Shown: one piece after another, positions 37,234-47,467 of the stretch
Layout of the letters: every line of letters starts with the position of its first letter
How positions within the stretch are numbered: the stretch's first letter is position 1
NCBI GenBank assembly: GCA_905201895.1
Contig: CAJKPX010000005.1
Coordinates: forward strand, 13,504 to 77,503
Source: an uncultured Eubacteriales bacterium
GTDB lineage: Bacteria > Bacillota > Clostridia > Oscillospirales > CAG-272
Length of the DNA stretch: 64,000 nucleotides
Direction of reading: 5' to 3'
The notes under the pieces: model-generated
What the model saw: the letters and a program-made list of their open reading frames with translations, nothing else
Told to the model about the DNA's origin: nothing
Database searches by the model: none
Program-made: the position numbers and the translations under genes

Positions 37234-38409
37234 TCATTCTGCGCTCGCCGCGCACGCACGCTTGATCACCTCAACCGCCTCGGCGAGGAGCTCTGCGGGG
37301 ATATTCAGGGCGGGCAGGAGACGAACCTTGCTCTTTGCGGTGAGGCAGAGCACGCCTGCCGCCATGCAATCCTTGACCACGTCGGCGGCGGGACGCTCGG
37401 TTTCAATGCCGATCATGAGTCCGCATCCGCTCACAGAGCTCACGCCCTTGGCGCCGCGAAGCGCCTCGAACACCATACTTCCCTTTTGTGCAACCTCGTT
37501 AAGAAACGCCTCGTCCATACGCTCAATAACGCTGACCGCGCCTGCGCAGGATACGGGGTTGCCGCCAAAGGTGGAGCCGTGGTCGCCAAAGCCGAGCACG
37601 CCCTCCGCGCGCTCTCCGAGGATCGCCGCACCGAGCGGAAGCCCCGCACCAAGCCCCTTTGCGGTGGTCACCACGTCGGGGGTAATCCCGTGATGCATAT
37701 AGGAATAGAGCGCACCCGTGCGTCCGTTTCCGGTTTGCACCTCGTCGATCATGAGCAGGATGTCCTCCTGTTGGCAGATCTCAGCAGCCGCGCGGATAAA
37801 TTCGGTCTCCACCGCGCAGACACCGCCCTCGCCCTGGATACATTCAAGCAGAATGCCCGCCACCTTGTTTTCCGTAACCGTGCGACGGAGTGCTTCAATA
37901 TCGTTCGCAGGGGTATGCACAAAGCCCGGGGTAAGCGGCTGGAAAAGCTCGTGATAATGTGCCTGACCCGTTGCCGCGAGGGTGGTCAGGGTTCTGCCGT
38001 GAAAGCTGTTCTCTAGCGTGACGATCGTGAAATACTCCGCGCCCTTGTGCTCTGCGGCGTATTTTCTCGCCACCTTGATGGCGCACTCGTTTGCCTCGGC
38101 ACCCGAGTTGCAGAAAAAGACCTTTTTGAGTCCTGTTCTCTTGCAGAGCAGCTCCGCAAGACGCACGCAGGGCTCGGTGTAATAAAGATTGGACATGTGC
38201 TGAACTCTGCCCAGCTGCTCGATCACAGCCTTTTGCCAGACCTCGTCGGCAATGCCGAAGGAGGTGACGCCGATGCCCGAGCCCATGTCGATATAGCGCT
38301 TTCCGTTTATGTCAAAGACCTCGGATCCCTTGCCCGAAGCGATCTCAACCGGAAAACGGTTGTAGGTGTTTGCCACGTAGGCTTTATCCAATGCCACTAG
38401 CTCGCTCAT
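37234..38409 (-). CDS. argD: Acetylornithine aminotransferase
   Basis: Class III aminotransferase ([20 protein letters not shown]). Confidence 0.92.
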   Translation of the reverse strand: MSELVALDKAYVANTYNRFPVEIASGKGSEVFDINGKRYIDMGSGIGVTSFGIADEVWQKAVIEQLGRVQHMSNLYYTEPCVRLAELLCKRTGLKKVFFCNSGAEANECAIKVARKYAAEHKGAEYFTIVTLENSFHGRTLTTLAATGQAHYHELFQPLTPGFVHTPANDIEALRRTVTENKVAGILLECIQGEGGVCAVETEFIRAAAEICQQEDILLMIDEVQTGNGRTGALYSYMHHGITPDVVTTAKGLGAGLPLGAAILGERAEGVLGFGDHGSTFGGNPVSCAGAVSVIERMDEAFLNEVAQKGSMVFEALRGAKGVSSVSGCGLMIGIETERPAADVVKDCMAAGVLCLTAKSKVRLLPALNIPAELLAEAVEVIKRACAASAE

Positions 38410-38410
38410 G

Positions 38411-39274
38411 TCAGCCCCCCGTTACCATGGTGCCCGCACCCTCGTCGGTGAGCAGCTCCATGAGAATTGAATGCGGCACGCGACCGTCCATGATAATCAC
38501 GTTTTTCACGCCCTCGTTGATCGCCTCGATGCAGCAATCCACCTTCGGGATCATGCCGCCCGAAATCACGCCTTCGCTCTGCAGCCTTGCCGCCTCGGAG
38601 ATCGTGACCGAGGGAATGAGCGTTGTGGGATCGTCTTTATCGCGGAGAAGCCCCGCGATGTCGGTCATCATGATCAGTCTCTCGGCGTTGAGCGCACCTG
38701 CGATATGTGCCGCCGCAGTGTCGCCGTTGATGTTATAGGTATTGCCCTGCTTATCGCATCCAACCGTGGAAATGACAGGGATATAGCCCTTTTCCAGAAG
38801 GTCACACACGGGCGAGATGTGAATTTTTGTGATCTCTCCGACATAGCCGAGCTTTTCATTTTTCATTTTTGCCTCGATCAGGCGACCGTCCATGCCCGAA
38901 ATGCCCATCGCCTTGCCGCCCTTGGACTCAAGCAGATTGACCAGCGTTTTGTTGACCTTGCCCGCCAGAACCATCTGCACGATATCAACGGTCTCCTTGT
39001 CGGTGACGCGCAGTCCATCGACAAACTCGGGCTTTTTGCCGAGCTTTTGCATGATCTCGTTGATCTCGGGACCGCCGCCGTGCACCAGCACGATCTTCAC
39101 ACCGATCAGCCAGAGCAGAACAATGTCCTCCATCACCTGCAGCTTGATCGACTCGTTGATCATGGCATTTCCGCCGTATTTGACCACAACGGTCTTACCC
39201 GTGTAGCGCTTGATATACGGCAGAGCCTCGGTGAGCACCTGTGCGCGCTCTGCATTGGAAAAAAAGTTCTCCAT
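38411..39274 (-). CDS. argB: Acetylglutamate kinase
   Basis: VVKYGGNAM and VHGGGPEI motifs. Confidence 0.95.
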   Translation of the reverse strand: MENFFSNAERAQVLTEALPYIKRYTGKTVVVKYGGNAMINESIKLQVMEDIVLLWLIGVKIVLVHGGGPEINEIMQKLGKKPEFVDGLRVTDKETVDIVQMVLAGKVNKTLVNLLESKGGKAMGISGMDGRLIEAKMKNEKLGYVGEITKIHISPVCDLLEKGYIPVISTVGCDKQGNTYNINGDTAAAHIAGALNAERLIMMTDIAGLLRDKDDPTTLIPSVTISEAARLQSEGVISGGMIPKVDCCIEAINEGVKNVIIMDGRVPHSILMELLTDEGAGTMVTGG

Positions 39275-39290
39275 TTTGCCGTCCCCTCTC

Positions 39291-40514
39291 TTACGTGCGG
39301 TAATCGCCGTTGATCTTGACGTAATCGTAGGTCAGATCGCATCCCCAAGCGGTTGCCTCTGCCTCGCCTGCGCCGAGCGACACGAGAATCTCGATCTCAC
39401 GCTCCAGGAGAATTTCCTTTGCAATCTCCTCGGAGAAATCGACACCTGCACCGTTTTTGCAAACGTCAACCGTTCCCTTTGCACTGCGGAACGAAACGTC
39501 CACGCGGTCAACGTCAACGTTGGCACCGCTATAACCGATCGCGCAAAGCACGCGTCCCCAGTTTGCATCGGCACCGAACATTGCCGCCTTGAGCAGGCTC
39601 GAGCAGATCACACTCTTGGCAACGGTCTTTGCGGTTTCAACCGTATCGGCTCCGCTCACGCGACATTCTAGCAGCTTCGTTGCGCCCTCACCGTCACCCG
39701 CGATCATGCGGCACAGATAAACCGTGACGGTGTTGAGCGCCTTCATAAAGGCGTTGAAATCCTCACCCTCCGCGGTGATCTCGGCGTTTCCTGCCATGCC
39801 GTTTGCAAGCAGCACGACCATATCGTTGGTGGAGGTGTCACCGTCCACGCTGATCATGTTGAAGGTGTTGGTAATGTCGGTGGAAAGTGCCTTTTGGAGC
39901 ATAGCGGGAGAAATTGCCGCGTCGGTGGTGAGGAACACGAGCATGGTTGCCATGTTGGGGTGAATCATGCCGCTTCCCTTTGCGATACCGCCCATGCGAC
40001 AGGTCTTGCCGCCGAGCTCAAACTCGACCGCGATTTCCTTTTTGACGGTGTCGGTGGTCATAATTCCCTCTGCCGCCGCCTCGCCGCCATCCTTGGAAAG
40101 CCCTGCCGCGAGAGCGGGGATACCATTTTGGATGGGAGTAATATTGAGCGGCTGACCGATCACGCCGGTGGAGGCAACCACCACGTCGGATGCTGCAATG
40201 CCGAGCTCGGTTGCCAACAGATCGCTCATCTGCTCGGCGATCTCGATGCCGTTTGCATTGCAGGTGTTGGCGTTTCCGCTGTTGCAGATCACCGCCTGTG
40301 CCATGCCGTTGGACAGGTGATCCTTCGTCACCTTCAGGGGAGCACCCTTGACCAGATTCGTGGTGTAGACTGCCGCCGCGCTCGCGGGCACCTCGCTCAA
40401 GATCAGCGAAAGGTCCTTTTTGGTGCGGTTCTTGCGAACGCCGCAATGCACACCGTTTGCCGTAAATCCCGTTGCGGCACAAACGCCGCCCGATATGATT
40501 TTCATAGTTTTCAT
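39291..40514 (-). CDS. argJ: Bifunctional glutamate N-acetyltransferase/amino-acid acetyltransferase ArgJ
   Basis: ArgJ family, with the autoprocessing site region ...PNMATMLVFLTTDA. Confidence 0.93.
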   Translation of the reverse strand: MKTMKIISGGVCAATGFTANGVHCGVRKNRTKKDLSLILSEVPASAAAVYTTNLVKGAPLKVTKDHLSNGMAQAVICNSGNANTCNANGIEIAEQMSDLLATELGIAASDVVVASTGVIGQPLNITPIQNGIPALAAGLSKDGGEAAAEGIMTTDTVKKEIAVEFELGGKTCRMGGIAKGSGMIHPNMATMLVFLTTDAAISPAMLQKALSTDITNTFNMISVDGDTSTNDMVVLLANGMAGNAEITAEGEDFNAFMKALNTVTVYLCRMIAGDGEGATKLLECRVSGADTVETAKTVAKSVICSSLLKAAMFGADANWGRVLCAIGYSGANVDVDRVDVSFRSAKGTVDVCKNGAGVDFSEEIAKEILLEREIEILVSLGAGEAEATAWGCDLTYDYVKINGDYRT

Positions 40515-40545
40515 AATCCTCTCTGATTTTTGGGATAGCCCCGAT

Positions 40546-41469
40546 TTATATTACCAGACCGGTGCCCTCGTCGACACCGAGCAGAATGTTCATGTTTTGG
40601 ATTGCCGCACCCGAGGCCCCCTTGCCGAGATTATCGAAGCGTGCAACGAGCAGGATGCGCTCGTCATTTCCCGTGACGGTAATCTGCATATCGTCGCGCC
40701 CCGAAAAGGCGTTTGCCGAAAGAAATCCGCTCTCGTCGGCAGCTTCGGTAAAGCGCACGAGTCCGTTTTGATAGTAAGTGCGGTAGACCTCACTGATCGC
40801 GTCCCTGCCGCCCTTGACGTCCGATCCGAAGAGCGGAACGGTGACCTCCATGCCGCTGTAATAGGACGCTACAACAGGACAGAAGATCGGAGCGCTCGAA
40901 AGCCCGCAAACGCGGCTCATCTCGGGCAGGTGCTTGTGCGATTGGGTGAGCCCATACATACGGGGGGCGTCGAGGAGCATATCTCTGCCCTCGCCCTCAT
41001 ATTCTGCGATCATTTTTTTACCGCCGCCCGAATAACCCGTGAGTGAATAAGCGGTGAGCGATGCATCGGGAGCCAGCACGCCTGCACGGACAAGGGGCTC
41101 AACGAGCGCCACAAAGCCGCTGGCATGGCAACCCGGATTTGCGATCCGCTTGGATGCCGCGATTGCCTCGCGTCTGCCGCAGAGCTCCGGAAAGCCGTAT
41201 TCCCAGGCAGGGTTCACGCGGTGCGCCGTAGAGGTGTCGATGATCGCGGTGTTGGGATTCTCCACGAGCGAGACCGCCTCGATCGCCGCCACATCGGGTA
41301 GGCACAAAAAGGCAACGTCGGCAGAATTGAGCGCCTCGCGGCGAGCCTCGGTATCCTTGCGCAGCTCCTCGGGGAGCAGAATCAGCTCAAGGTCGTGCCT
41401 CTCGGACAATCGCTCGCGGATGCGAAGTCCCGTGGTTCCCGCGCTGCCGTCGATAAATACTTTAGCCAT
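40546..41469 (-). CDS. argC: N-acetyl-gamma-glutamyl-phosphate reductase (short form)
   Basis: MAKVFIDGSAGTTGLRI start and the active-site region NPGCHASG. Start moved to ATG 41469, an 8-nt overlap with argH. Confidence 0.9.
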   Translation of the reverse strand: MAKVFIDGSAGTTGLRIRERLSERHDLELILLPEELRKDTEARREALNSADVAFLCLPDVAAIEAVSLVENPNTAIIDTSTAHRVNPAWEYGFPELCGRREAIAASKRIANPGCHASGFVALVEPLVRAGVLAPDASLTAYSLTGYSGGGKKMIAEYEGEGRDMLLDAPRMYGLTQSHKHLPEMSRVCGLSSAPIFCPVVASYYSGMEVTVPLFGSDVKGGRDAISEVYRTYYQNGLVRFTEAADESGFLSANAFSGRDDMQITVTGNDERILLVARFDNLGKGASGAAIQNMNILLGVDEGTGLVI

Positions 41470-42841
41470 TTGCAAGCACCTCCCGTGCATAAGAAATCTG
41501 TGCGTCGACCGATGCAGGCGAGGTTCCACCCTCGGAAATGCGCTTGGAAACGCAGACCTCAAGGTCGATATCCTGATAGAGATCGGTGTCGAACAGCTCC
41601 GAAAACTGCTTGTAGGTCTCGAGCGAAAGGGTCTCCAGGACCTCACCCTCGGAAATGCAATGCGCCACAATCTGCCCCGAAATTTTATATGCCGAACGGA
41701 ACGGAAGTCCCTTTTTCACCAGATAATCCGCAAGGTCGGTGGCGTTGATAAAGCCCTTTTGCGCCGCGAGCTTCATATTTGCGGGCAGCGCCTTCATCGT
41801 GCCGATCATCGGGATCATCACGTCAAGGCACATCCGAACGGTATCGAGCGCATCGAACACGCTTTCCTTATCCTCCTGCATATCCTTGTTGTAGGCAAGC
41901 GGCAGCCCCTTGAGCGTAGTGAGCAGCGCCATCAGATCGCCGTAAACGCGACCCGTTTTTCCGCGGATCAGCTCCGCCATATCGGGGTTCTTCTTTTGCG
42001 GCATGATCGACGAGCCCGTGGTGTAGGCGTCCGACAGCTCCACGAATTTGAACTCCCAGCTCGACCAGAGGATCAGCTCCTCGGAAAAACGCGAGAGATG
42101 CATCATCAGAATTGAGCAGGCACTCATGAATTCCACGCAGAAATCGCGATCCGAAACGCCGTCAATGCTATTTCGACAGATATCCGAAAAACCGAGCTTC
42201 TCCGCCTCCATGCGACGGTCGGTGTCGTAGGTTGTGCCCGCAAGTGCGCAGGAGCCGATCGGCGAGACGTTCATGCGTGCCCTCGCATCGGCAAAGCGAT
42301 CGAGATCGCGCAGGAGCATCATCACGTATGCCATGAGGTGATGACCGAAGGTGATCGGCTGAGCACGTTGCAGATGCGTGTATCCCGGCATGATCACGTC
42401 GCGGTTCTCCTCTGCCTGTAAAAGCAGCGCCTGTGCCAGCGCGCGGACCTTTTCTGTAATCGCATCGGTCTCGTCGCGCAGATACATGCGCATATCGAGC
42501 GCCACCTGATCGTTGCGGCTGCGTGCGGTGTGCAGCTTTTTGCCCACCTCGCCGAGCCTTGCGGTGAGCACCTGCTCCACGAACATGTGAATATCCTCAC
42601 AGCAGAGGTCGATCTCAAGCGCACCGCTCTCGAGATCCGCAAGAATTCCCGAAAGTCCCTCAATCAGTGTATCTGCCTCGGCGGAGGTGATGATCCCCCG
42701 CGCTCCGAGCATTGCTGCATGCGCCATGCTGCCCGTGATATCCTGCCGATACATTCTCGAGTCGAATGAAATCGACGAATTGAAATCGTCTGCGATCCGA
42801 TCGGTCACGCCGTCGGTTCTTCCAGCCCACATTTTTGCCAT
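41462..42841 (-). CDS. argH: Argininosuccinate lyase
   Basis: MWAGRTDG N-terminus and the fumarate-lyase signature GSSIMPQKKNPD. Confidence 0.95.
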   Translation of the reverse strand: MAKMWAGRTDGVTDRIADDFNSSISFDSRMYRQDITGSMAHAAMLGARGIITSAEADTLIEGLSGILADLESGALEIDLCCEDIHMFVEQVLTARLGEVGKKLHTARSRNDQVALDMRMYLRDETDAITEKVRALAQALLLQAEENRDVIMPGYTHLQRAQPITFGHHLMAYVMMLLRDLDRFADARARMNVSPIGSCALAGTTYDTDRRMEAEKLGFSDICRNSIDGVSDRDFCVEFMSACSILMMHLSRFSEELILWSSWEFKFVELSDAYTTGSSIMPQKKNPDMAELIRGKTGRVYGDLMALLTTLKGLPLAYNKDMQEDKESVFDALDTVRMCLDVMIPMIGTMKALPANMKLAAQKGFINATDLADYLVKKGLPFRSAYKISGQIVAHCISEGEVLETLSLETYKQFSELFDTDLYQDIDLEVCVSKRISEGGTSPASVDAQISYAREVLANG

Positions 42842-42924
42842 AGCTGCGTCAAATCCCCTTCTTTTTGAAAACAACGCCGTCCTGCACGTCAAAAAATGGC
42901 GTGCAGGACTCGTTTTGATTGCAA

Positions 42925-44145
42925 TTATTTGTTCTTTGCGTCAACGATCGCCTGAACCTTGATCGGCAGACCAAAGAGATTGATAAAGCCCTCGGAATCC
43001 TTCTGGTTGTAGTCGCTCTCACCAAAGGTTGCGATCTCCTCGCTATAAAGCGAATAGGGGCTCCAAACACCTGCGTTGATCATGTTACCCTTGTAGAGCT
43101 TGAGGCGTACCTTACCCGTAACAGTCTCCTGCGTTTTGTCGACGAACGCAGAGAGAGCCTCGCGCAGAGGGGTGAACCACTGACCGTTGTAGACCAACTC
43201 CGCAAAGGTGATCGAGAGCTTCTGCTTCTCGTGCGCGGTCATCTTGTCAAGACAAATGCTCTCGAGCACGCTGTGTGCCTTGTAGAGGATGCTTCCGCCG
43301 GGGGTCTCGTAAACGCCGCGACACTTCATGCCGACCAGGCGGTTCTCCACGATGTCGAGCAGACCGATGCCGTTCTTGCCGCCGATCTCGTTGAGCGCGA
43401 GGATGATCTCCTTTGCACTCATCTTCTTGCCGTCGAGTGCAACCGGAATTCCCTGCTCGAACTCAAGCTCGATGTAGGTGGGAACGTCGGGTGCCTGAAT
43501 GGGAGACACGCCCATTTCCAAAAATCCGGGCTTCTCATACTGCGGCTCGTTGCCGGTGTCCTCGAGGTCGAGACCCTCGTGCGACAGATGCCACAGGTTC
43601 TTATCCTTGGAATAGTTGGTTTCGCGGTTGATCTTGAGCGGCACGTTGTGTGCCTCTGCATAGTCGATCTCCTCCTCGCGCGACTTAATATCCCACTCAC
43701 GCCAAGGAGCGATGATGGGCATGTTGGGAGCAAAGCGCTTGATGGTCAGCTCGAAGCGAACCTGATCGTTGCCCTTACCCGTGCAGCCGTGGCAAATAGC
43801 GTCGGCGCCCTCCTTGAGCGCGATCTCAACAAGCGCCTTTGCGATGCAGGGACGTGCATGGCTGGTGCCGAGGAGATATTCCTCATAGATCGCACCCGCC
43901 TTGACGCAGGGAATGATATACTCGTTGACGTATTCCTCGGTCAGATCGAGCACGTAGAGCTTGGACGCACCCGTTTTGAGCGCCTTCTCCTCAAGTCCCT
44001 CCAGCTCGTCTGCCTGACCAACGTTACCCGAAACGGCGATAACCTCGCAATTATTATAGTTTTCTTTCAGCCACGGGATGATGATCGACGTATCCAATCC
44101 ACCCGAATAAGCCAAAACAACCTTTTTGATGTTTTCCTTTTTCAT
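42925..44145 (-). CDS. argG: Argininosuccinate synthase
   Basis: [13 protein letters not shown]-loop. ATG at 44145 lies 6 nt after GGAGG. Confidence 0.96.
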   Translation of the reverse strand: MKKENIKKVVLAYSGGLDTSIIIPWLKENYNNCEVIAVSGNVGQADELEGLEEKALKTGASKLYVLDLTEEYVNEYIIPCVKAGAIYEEYLLGTSHARPCIAKALVEIALKEGADAICHGCTGKGNDQVRFELTIKRFAPNMPIIAPWREWDIKSREEEIDYAEAHNVPLKINRETNYSKDKNLWHLSHEGLDLEDTGNEPQYEKPGFLEMGVSPIQAPDVPTYIELEFEQGIPVALDGKKMSAKEIILALNEIGGKNGIGLLDIVENRLVGMKCRGVYETPGGSILYKAHSVLESICLDKMTAHEKQKLSITFAELVYNGQWFTPLREALSAFVDKTQETVTGKVRLKLYKGNMINAGVWSPYSLYSEEIATFGESDYNQKDSEGFINLFGLPIKVQAIVDAKNK

Positions 44146-44157
44146 GACAGGCCTCCG

Positions 44158-44171
44158 TGAATAAATATTCA
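44158..44171. promoter_or_regulatory. ARG box (ArgR/AhrC operator) between the -10 element and the RBS of argG
   Basis: TGAAT-AAAT-ATTCA, with palindromic arms that match the ARG-box core exactly. Confidence 0.65.
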
Positions 44172-44194
44172 TTGATTTTGGAAATTATGCAATG

Positions 44195-44223
44195 ATTATA
44201 CAACATTTCATCAAAAAAGTCAA
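44195..44223 (-). promoter_or_regulatory. arg operon promoter
   Basis: TTGACT, 17-nt spacer, TATAAT. Confidence 0.6.
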
Positions 44224-44436
44224 GTGTTTTCTTGAATATTTTTTCATCCTGAACAGCGTTTTTCGTCTTTTCATACGAATACACAAAGACCCACAAAAAC
44301 ATTCGCCGTAATTGAGCAAAATGACAACAGTAAAACACCCCAAGAATATGGATGCGGCGGCATTTTGGAAATGCACGGAGCGAACCACGTTCTTGGGATG
44401 AAGAAAATATACATTTTATTTGTATACCGTGTATAA

Positions 44437-45318
44437 TTATCGGAGTGTGATCGAATAGGAAAATGCCTTTTCCGTGTGCGGCGTCAAGCGGAGCATATCG
44501 GGCTTTGTTTCAATTGCTGCAATCTCACCATCATATCCCGCAAAGCCGCTCCAGGGCTCCATGCAGAGAAAGGGCGGCTCGGTTTTGGCGGGCTGCCACA
44601 GACCGAAATAGGGAGCGTCATATTGCATACGAACTGCATGCGATGAGCGCGCGGATTTGAGCGTGATGCAGGTGTCGGCGCGATTGAAGAAAACACCCTC
44701 ATCGTCAAACAGTGCGCGTGTCAGAGGCAGACGAATGCCGTCCTCGAGCATCATGCCGTATTTTCTGCCGGTTGCAAAGGAGCCTGCAAGCTGCATAACG
44801 TCCGGTGAGGCAGGGCGGTCGAATTCCAGATACCAATCCGAGAAATCCCCTTCTCCACCGATCGGCACGCAAAATCCGGGGTGTGCACCAATCGCGGCGT
44901 ACATCACGTCCTCCCCGTTGTTCTGAACGGTATAGGTGGCGTGAAGCGTTCCGTTTTCAAGCCGATATTCGACCAGAAGAGCAAACTCAAAAGGATATTG
45001 CGCACGTGTCACCTCATTTGCCGTCAGGGCAAGGCATATCCGATCATCGGCAATCGCACGCACGGCAAAGCTGCTCTGCCGCGCAAAGCCGTGCAGGCCC
45101 ATCTCGTAGGTCTTGCCTGCATAGGTATATTTTCCCTCCCAAAGCCGACCGCAGATTGGAAACATGATCGGGGCATGCTCCTCCCAATAGCGTGCATCGC
45201 CCTGCCAGAGATATTCGATGCCGTCGCGCTTGATTGAGAGCAGCTCGGCGCCGCGACTCGAGACGGTGACGGTGAGCGTGCCGTTTTGCAAAACGTATTC
45301 CTGATTCGTGTGTTGCAT
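44437..45318 (-). CDS. Aldose 1-epimerase family protein
   Basis: Mutarotase-like motifs (SRGAELLSI...LWQGD...APIMFPICGRL...HGF). Confidence 0.8.
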   Translation of the reverse strand: MQHTNQEYVLQNGTLTVTVSSRGAELLSIKRDGIEYLWQGDARYWEEHAPIMFPICGRLWEGKYTYAGKTYEMGLHGFARQSSFAVRAIADDRICLALTANEVTRAQYPFEFALLVEYRLENGTLHATYTVQNNGEDVMYAAIGAHPGFCVPIGGEGDFSDWYLEFDRPASPDVMQLAGSFATGRKYGMMLEDGIRLPLTRALFDDEGVFFNRADTCITLKSARSSHAVRMQYDAPYFGLWQPAKTEPPFLCMEPWSGFAGYDGEIAAIETKPDMLRLTPHTEKAFSYSITLR

Positions 45319-45357
45319 GTCAAAATCCTCTTTATGTGAAATGTTTGATGGAGCTTT

Positions 45358-45801
45358 TCAAAAAATATCGCGGAAGATCTCGGACTCGAGATTGCAGACC
45401 GCATCGAGCGGAATTCGGTGACCGCCGCTCAAATACAGAATGCGCTCGATCTCGTCGATGCGCTCGAGCGTGCCTCTCACGGTGCGGTATGATCCACCCG
45501 TCTTACGTGCGTCCGGCAGAAAATAGGTGACCTCAACCTTTGGCATCCGATCAATCGAGGCGAGCAGAAGCTGCTGCCGTCGGTCAAGCTGCTCACGCTG
45601 ATCCTCTGTCATTCGGAGCATCTCGTCGGTCAGGCGTGCGGTTTCCTCGATCGCGTCGTCATAGCCCGTGAGTGCGGCAAAGGGGGCAAACTGCGCGGCA
45701 CGGTCGATGATCGGCATGCGAGGGTGGCGAGACGAGGTGGGGTGCGGTAGGTCGAGCATGTCGGCGTAGTGACCGTCTCCGCCCTGCTGCTTTTCTTGCA
45801 T
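45358..45801 (-). CDS. YolD-like protein
   Basis: RAAQFAPFAALTGYDD motif, immediately downstream of the Y-family polymerase. ATG at 45801 follows GGGGAGGGG. Confidence 0.7.
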   Translation of the reverse strand: MQEKQQGGDGHYADMLDLPHPTSSRHPRMPIIDRAAQFAPFAALTGYDDAIEETARLTDEMLRMTEDQREQLDRRQQLLLASIDRMPKVEVTYFLPDARKTGGSYRTVRGTLERIDEIERILYLSGGHRIPLDAVCNLESEIFRDIF

Positions 45802-45815
45802 TTGATCCCCTCCCC

Positions 45816-47330
45816 TCATGCCTTGTGACCGCCGATCTGTCGGTTGCGATCCTTGGCGGTTGCACCCTCCTCAAGGTTCATGCCCTTGAGAATGGCATTT
45901 TTTCCAAAGCGTTTCTTGATATCAATCATGGTAGCCTGAATTTTCTTCTCGCGGTCGCGCTCGGCGCGCTCCGCCTCGCGTTCACCGCTCTCCAGAACCG
46001 AGAAAATATCGAGCTGCTCCGCCTCACGTCGATCCGCCGCCTCGCCTTCGGTGAGCAGGCGCGCGGCGGTGAGATAAATGCGACGAACGGTGAGCTTGGG
46101 GTCAATGATGCGATCGTAGAGCGCACCAACCGCCTGCATGATCTCCTTGGTGGAGGAGGTGTAGCCTCCGAGATTGGCGGTTCCGTGCGCGTGCTTCGGG
46201 GTGGCTCTGCCATAGCGATCGTGCGTCACCTCTCCGCGATAAGCTTGGCGTGCGGCATCGCCCTTGAGATTTTCAACGTCATAGCCAACCGTGAGCACGA
46301 TCTGATCGGTGACAAGCCCCTTTTCCACGAGATCAAGCACCGTTTGATCGGTCATCTCCATCACCACGAGGCGCGCACGGTCGGCGGAATAGGGCTCGGT
46401 GAGCACCTGCCCCGAGCAAACGCTGCTCGACTCGGGACGGTAAGACTTGATATCGGCAATCGTGCAGGGCTCCCAGCCCCACGCGTGGTCAATGAGCAGC
46501 TCGGCGTTAACTCCAAAGAGCTTATAGAGCATTTCCTCATTGTGAAAGGCATCGGGCGAGCCGATCGAGCAGCGTGCCACGTCTCCCATCGTGTAAAGCC
46601 CAACCGAGGCAAGTCGGTCGGCAGTTCCCCGCCCCACGCGCCAGAAATCGGTGATCGGTCGATGCGACCAGAGCTGCTCGCGGTAGCTGTGCTCGTCGAG
46701 CTCTGCGATGCGTGCACCGTCCTCGTCGGGCGGCATCCGCTTGGCAACGATGTCCATTGCGATCTTGCACAGATAGAGGTTCGTGCCAATCCCCGCCGTG
46801 GAGGTGATGCCCGTGGTTTCGAGCACGTCGCGCATAATGGTGCGCGTCAGCTCACGCGCGGTCATGCCGTAGGTTTTGAGATAATTGGTGACGTCGAGGA
46901 ACACCTCGTCGATCGAATAGACGTGAATATCCTCGGGAGCGATATATTTGAGATAAACGTGGTAGATGCGCGTGCTGTATTCCATATAATACGCCATGCG
47001 CGGTGGAGCAACGATATAATCGACCGCCAGGGCAGGATTTTGGCGCAGCTCGTTGATCTGCACCGATGATCCAAGCAGCCTGCCCCCGTTTGCACGGCGG
47101 CGCTCGGCGTTGACCTCCTTGATACGCTGCACAACCTCGAACAATCGCGGTCGCCCACCAATCCCAAAGGATTTGAGCGAGGGAGAAACGGCAAGCCCGA
47201 TCGTTTTTTCGGTGCGACTCGCATCGGCAACGATCAAATTGGTTTTCATCGGATCAAGTCCGCGCTCCTTGCATTCCACCGACGCATAAAAGGACTTGAG
47301 GTCGATCGCAACGTAGATTTTTTGCTTCAT
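45816..47330 (-). CDS. Y-family DNA polymerase (ImpB/UmuC/UvrX-like)
   Basis: YVAIDLKSFYASVE catalytic N-terminus, with SIDEVFLDV. Confidence 0.9.
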   Translation of the reverse strand: MKQKIYVAIDLKSFYASVECKERGLDPMKTNLIVADASRTEKTIGLAVSPSLKSFGIGGRPRLFEVVQRIKEVNAERRRANGGRLLGSSVQINELRQNPALAVDYIVAPPRMAYYMEYSTRIYHVYLKYIAPEDIHVYSIDEVFLDVTNYLKTYGMTARELTRTIMRDVLETTGITSTAGIGTNLYLCKIAMDIVAKRMPPDEDGARIAELDEHSYREQLWSHRPITDFWRVGRGTADRLASVGLYTMGDVARCSIGSPDAFHNEEMLYKLFGVNAELLIDHAWGWEPCTIADIKSYRPESSSVCSGQVLTEPYSADRARLVVMEMTDQTVLDLVEKGLVTDQIVLTVGYDVENLKGDAARQAYRGEVTHDRYGRATPKHAHGTANLGGYTSSTKEIMQAVGALYDRIIDPKLTVRRIYLTAARLLTEGEAADRREAEQLDIFSVLESGEREAERAERDREKKIQATMIDIKKRFGKNAILKGMNLEEGATAKDRNRQIGGHKA

Positions 47331-47362
47331 GCAGTTTCCCCCTTTCTCTTTTGTTCAACCCT

Positions 47363-47391
47363 ATTATAACATGACTTGCGTTTTTTTTCAA
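47363..47391 (-). promoter_or_regulatory. Promoter of the polymerase-yolD pair
   Basis: TTGAAA, 17-nt spacer, TATAAT. Confidence 0.55.
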
Positions 47392-47421
47392 TAGAAAATA
47401 TCGCCATCGCCCGCATGTGAC

Positions 47422-47458
47422 AAAAAAATCCGCCCCTGCCGAATGTGGCAGGGACGGA
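47422..47458 (-). terminator. trpB terminator
   Basis: tccgtccctgcc-acattc-ggcaggggcgga followed by a T7 run. Confidence 0.75.
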
Positions 47459-47467
47459 CGCTTGATT

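Noticed and set aside
47331-47362. A possible LexA (Cheo) box upstream of the Y-family polymerase.
   Set aside because: Only GAACaaaaGAGA is present. The GTTC half-site is missing, so I make no call.
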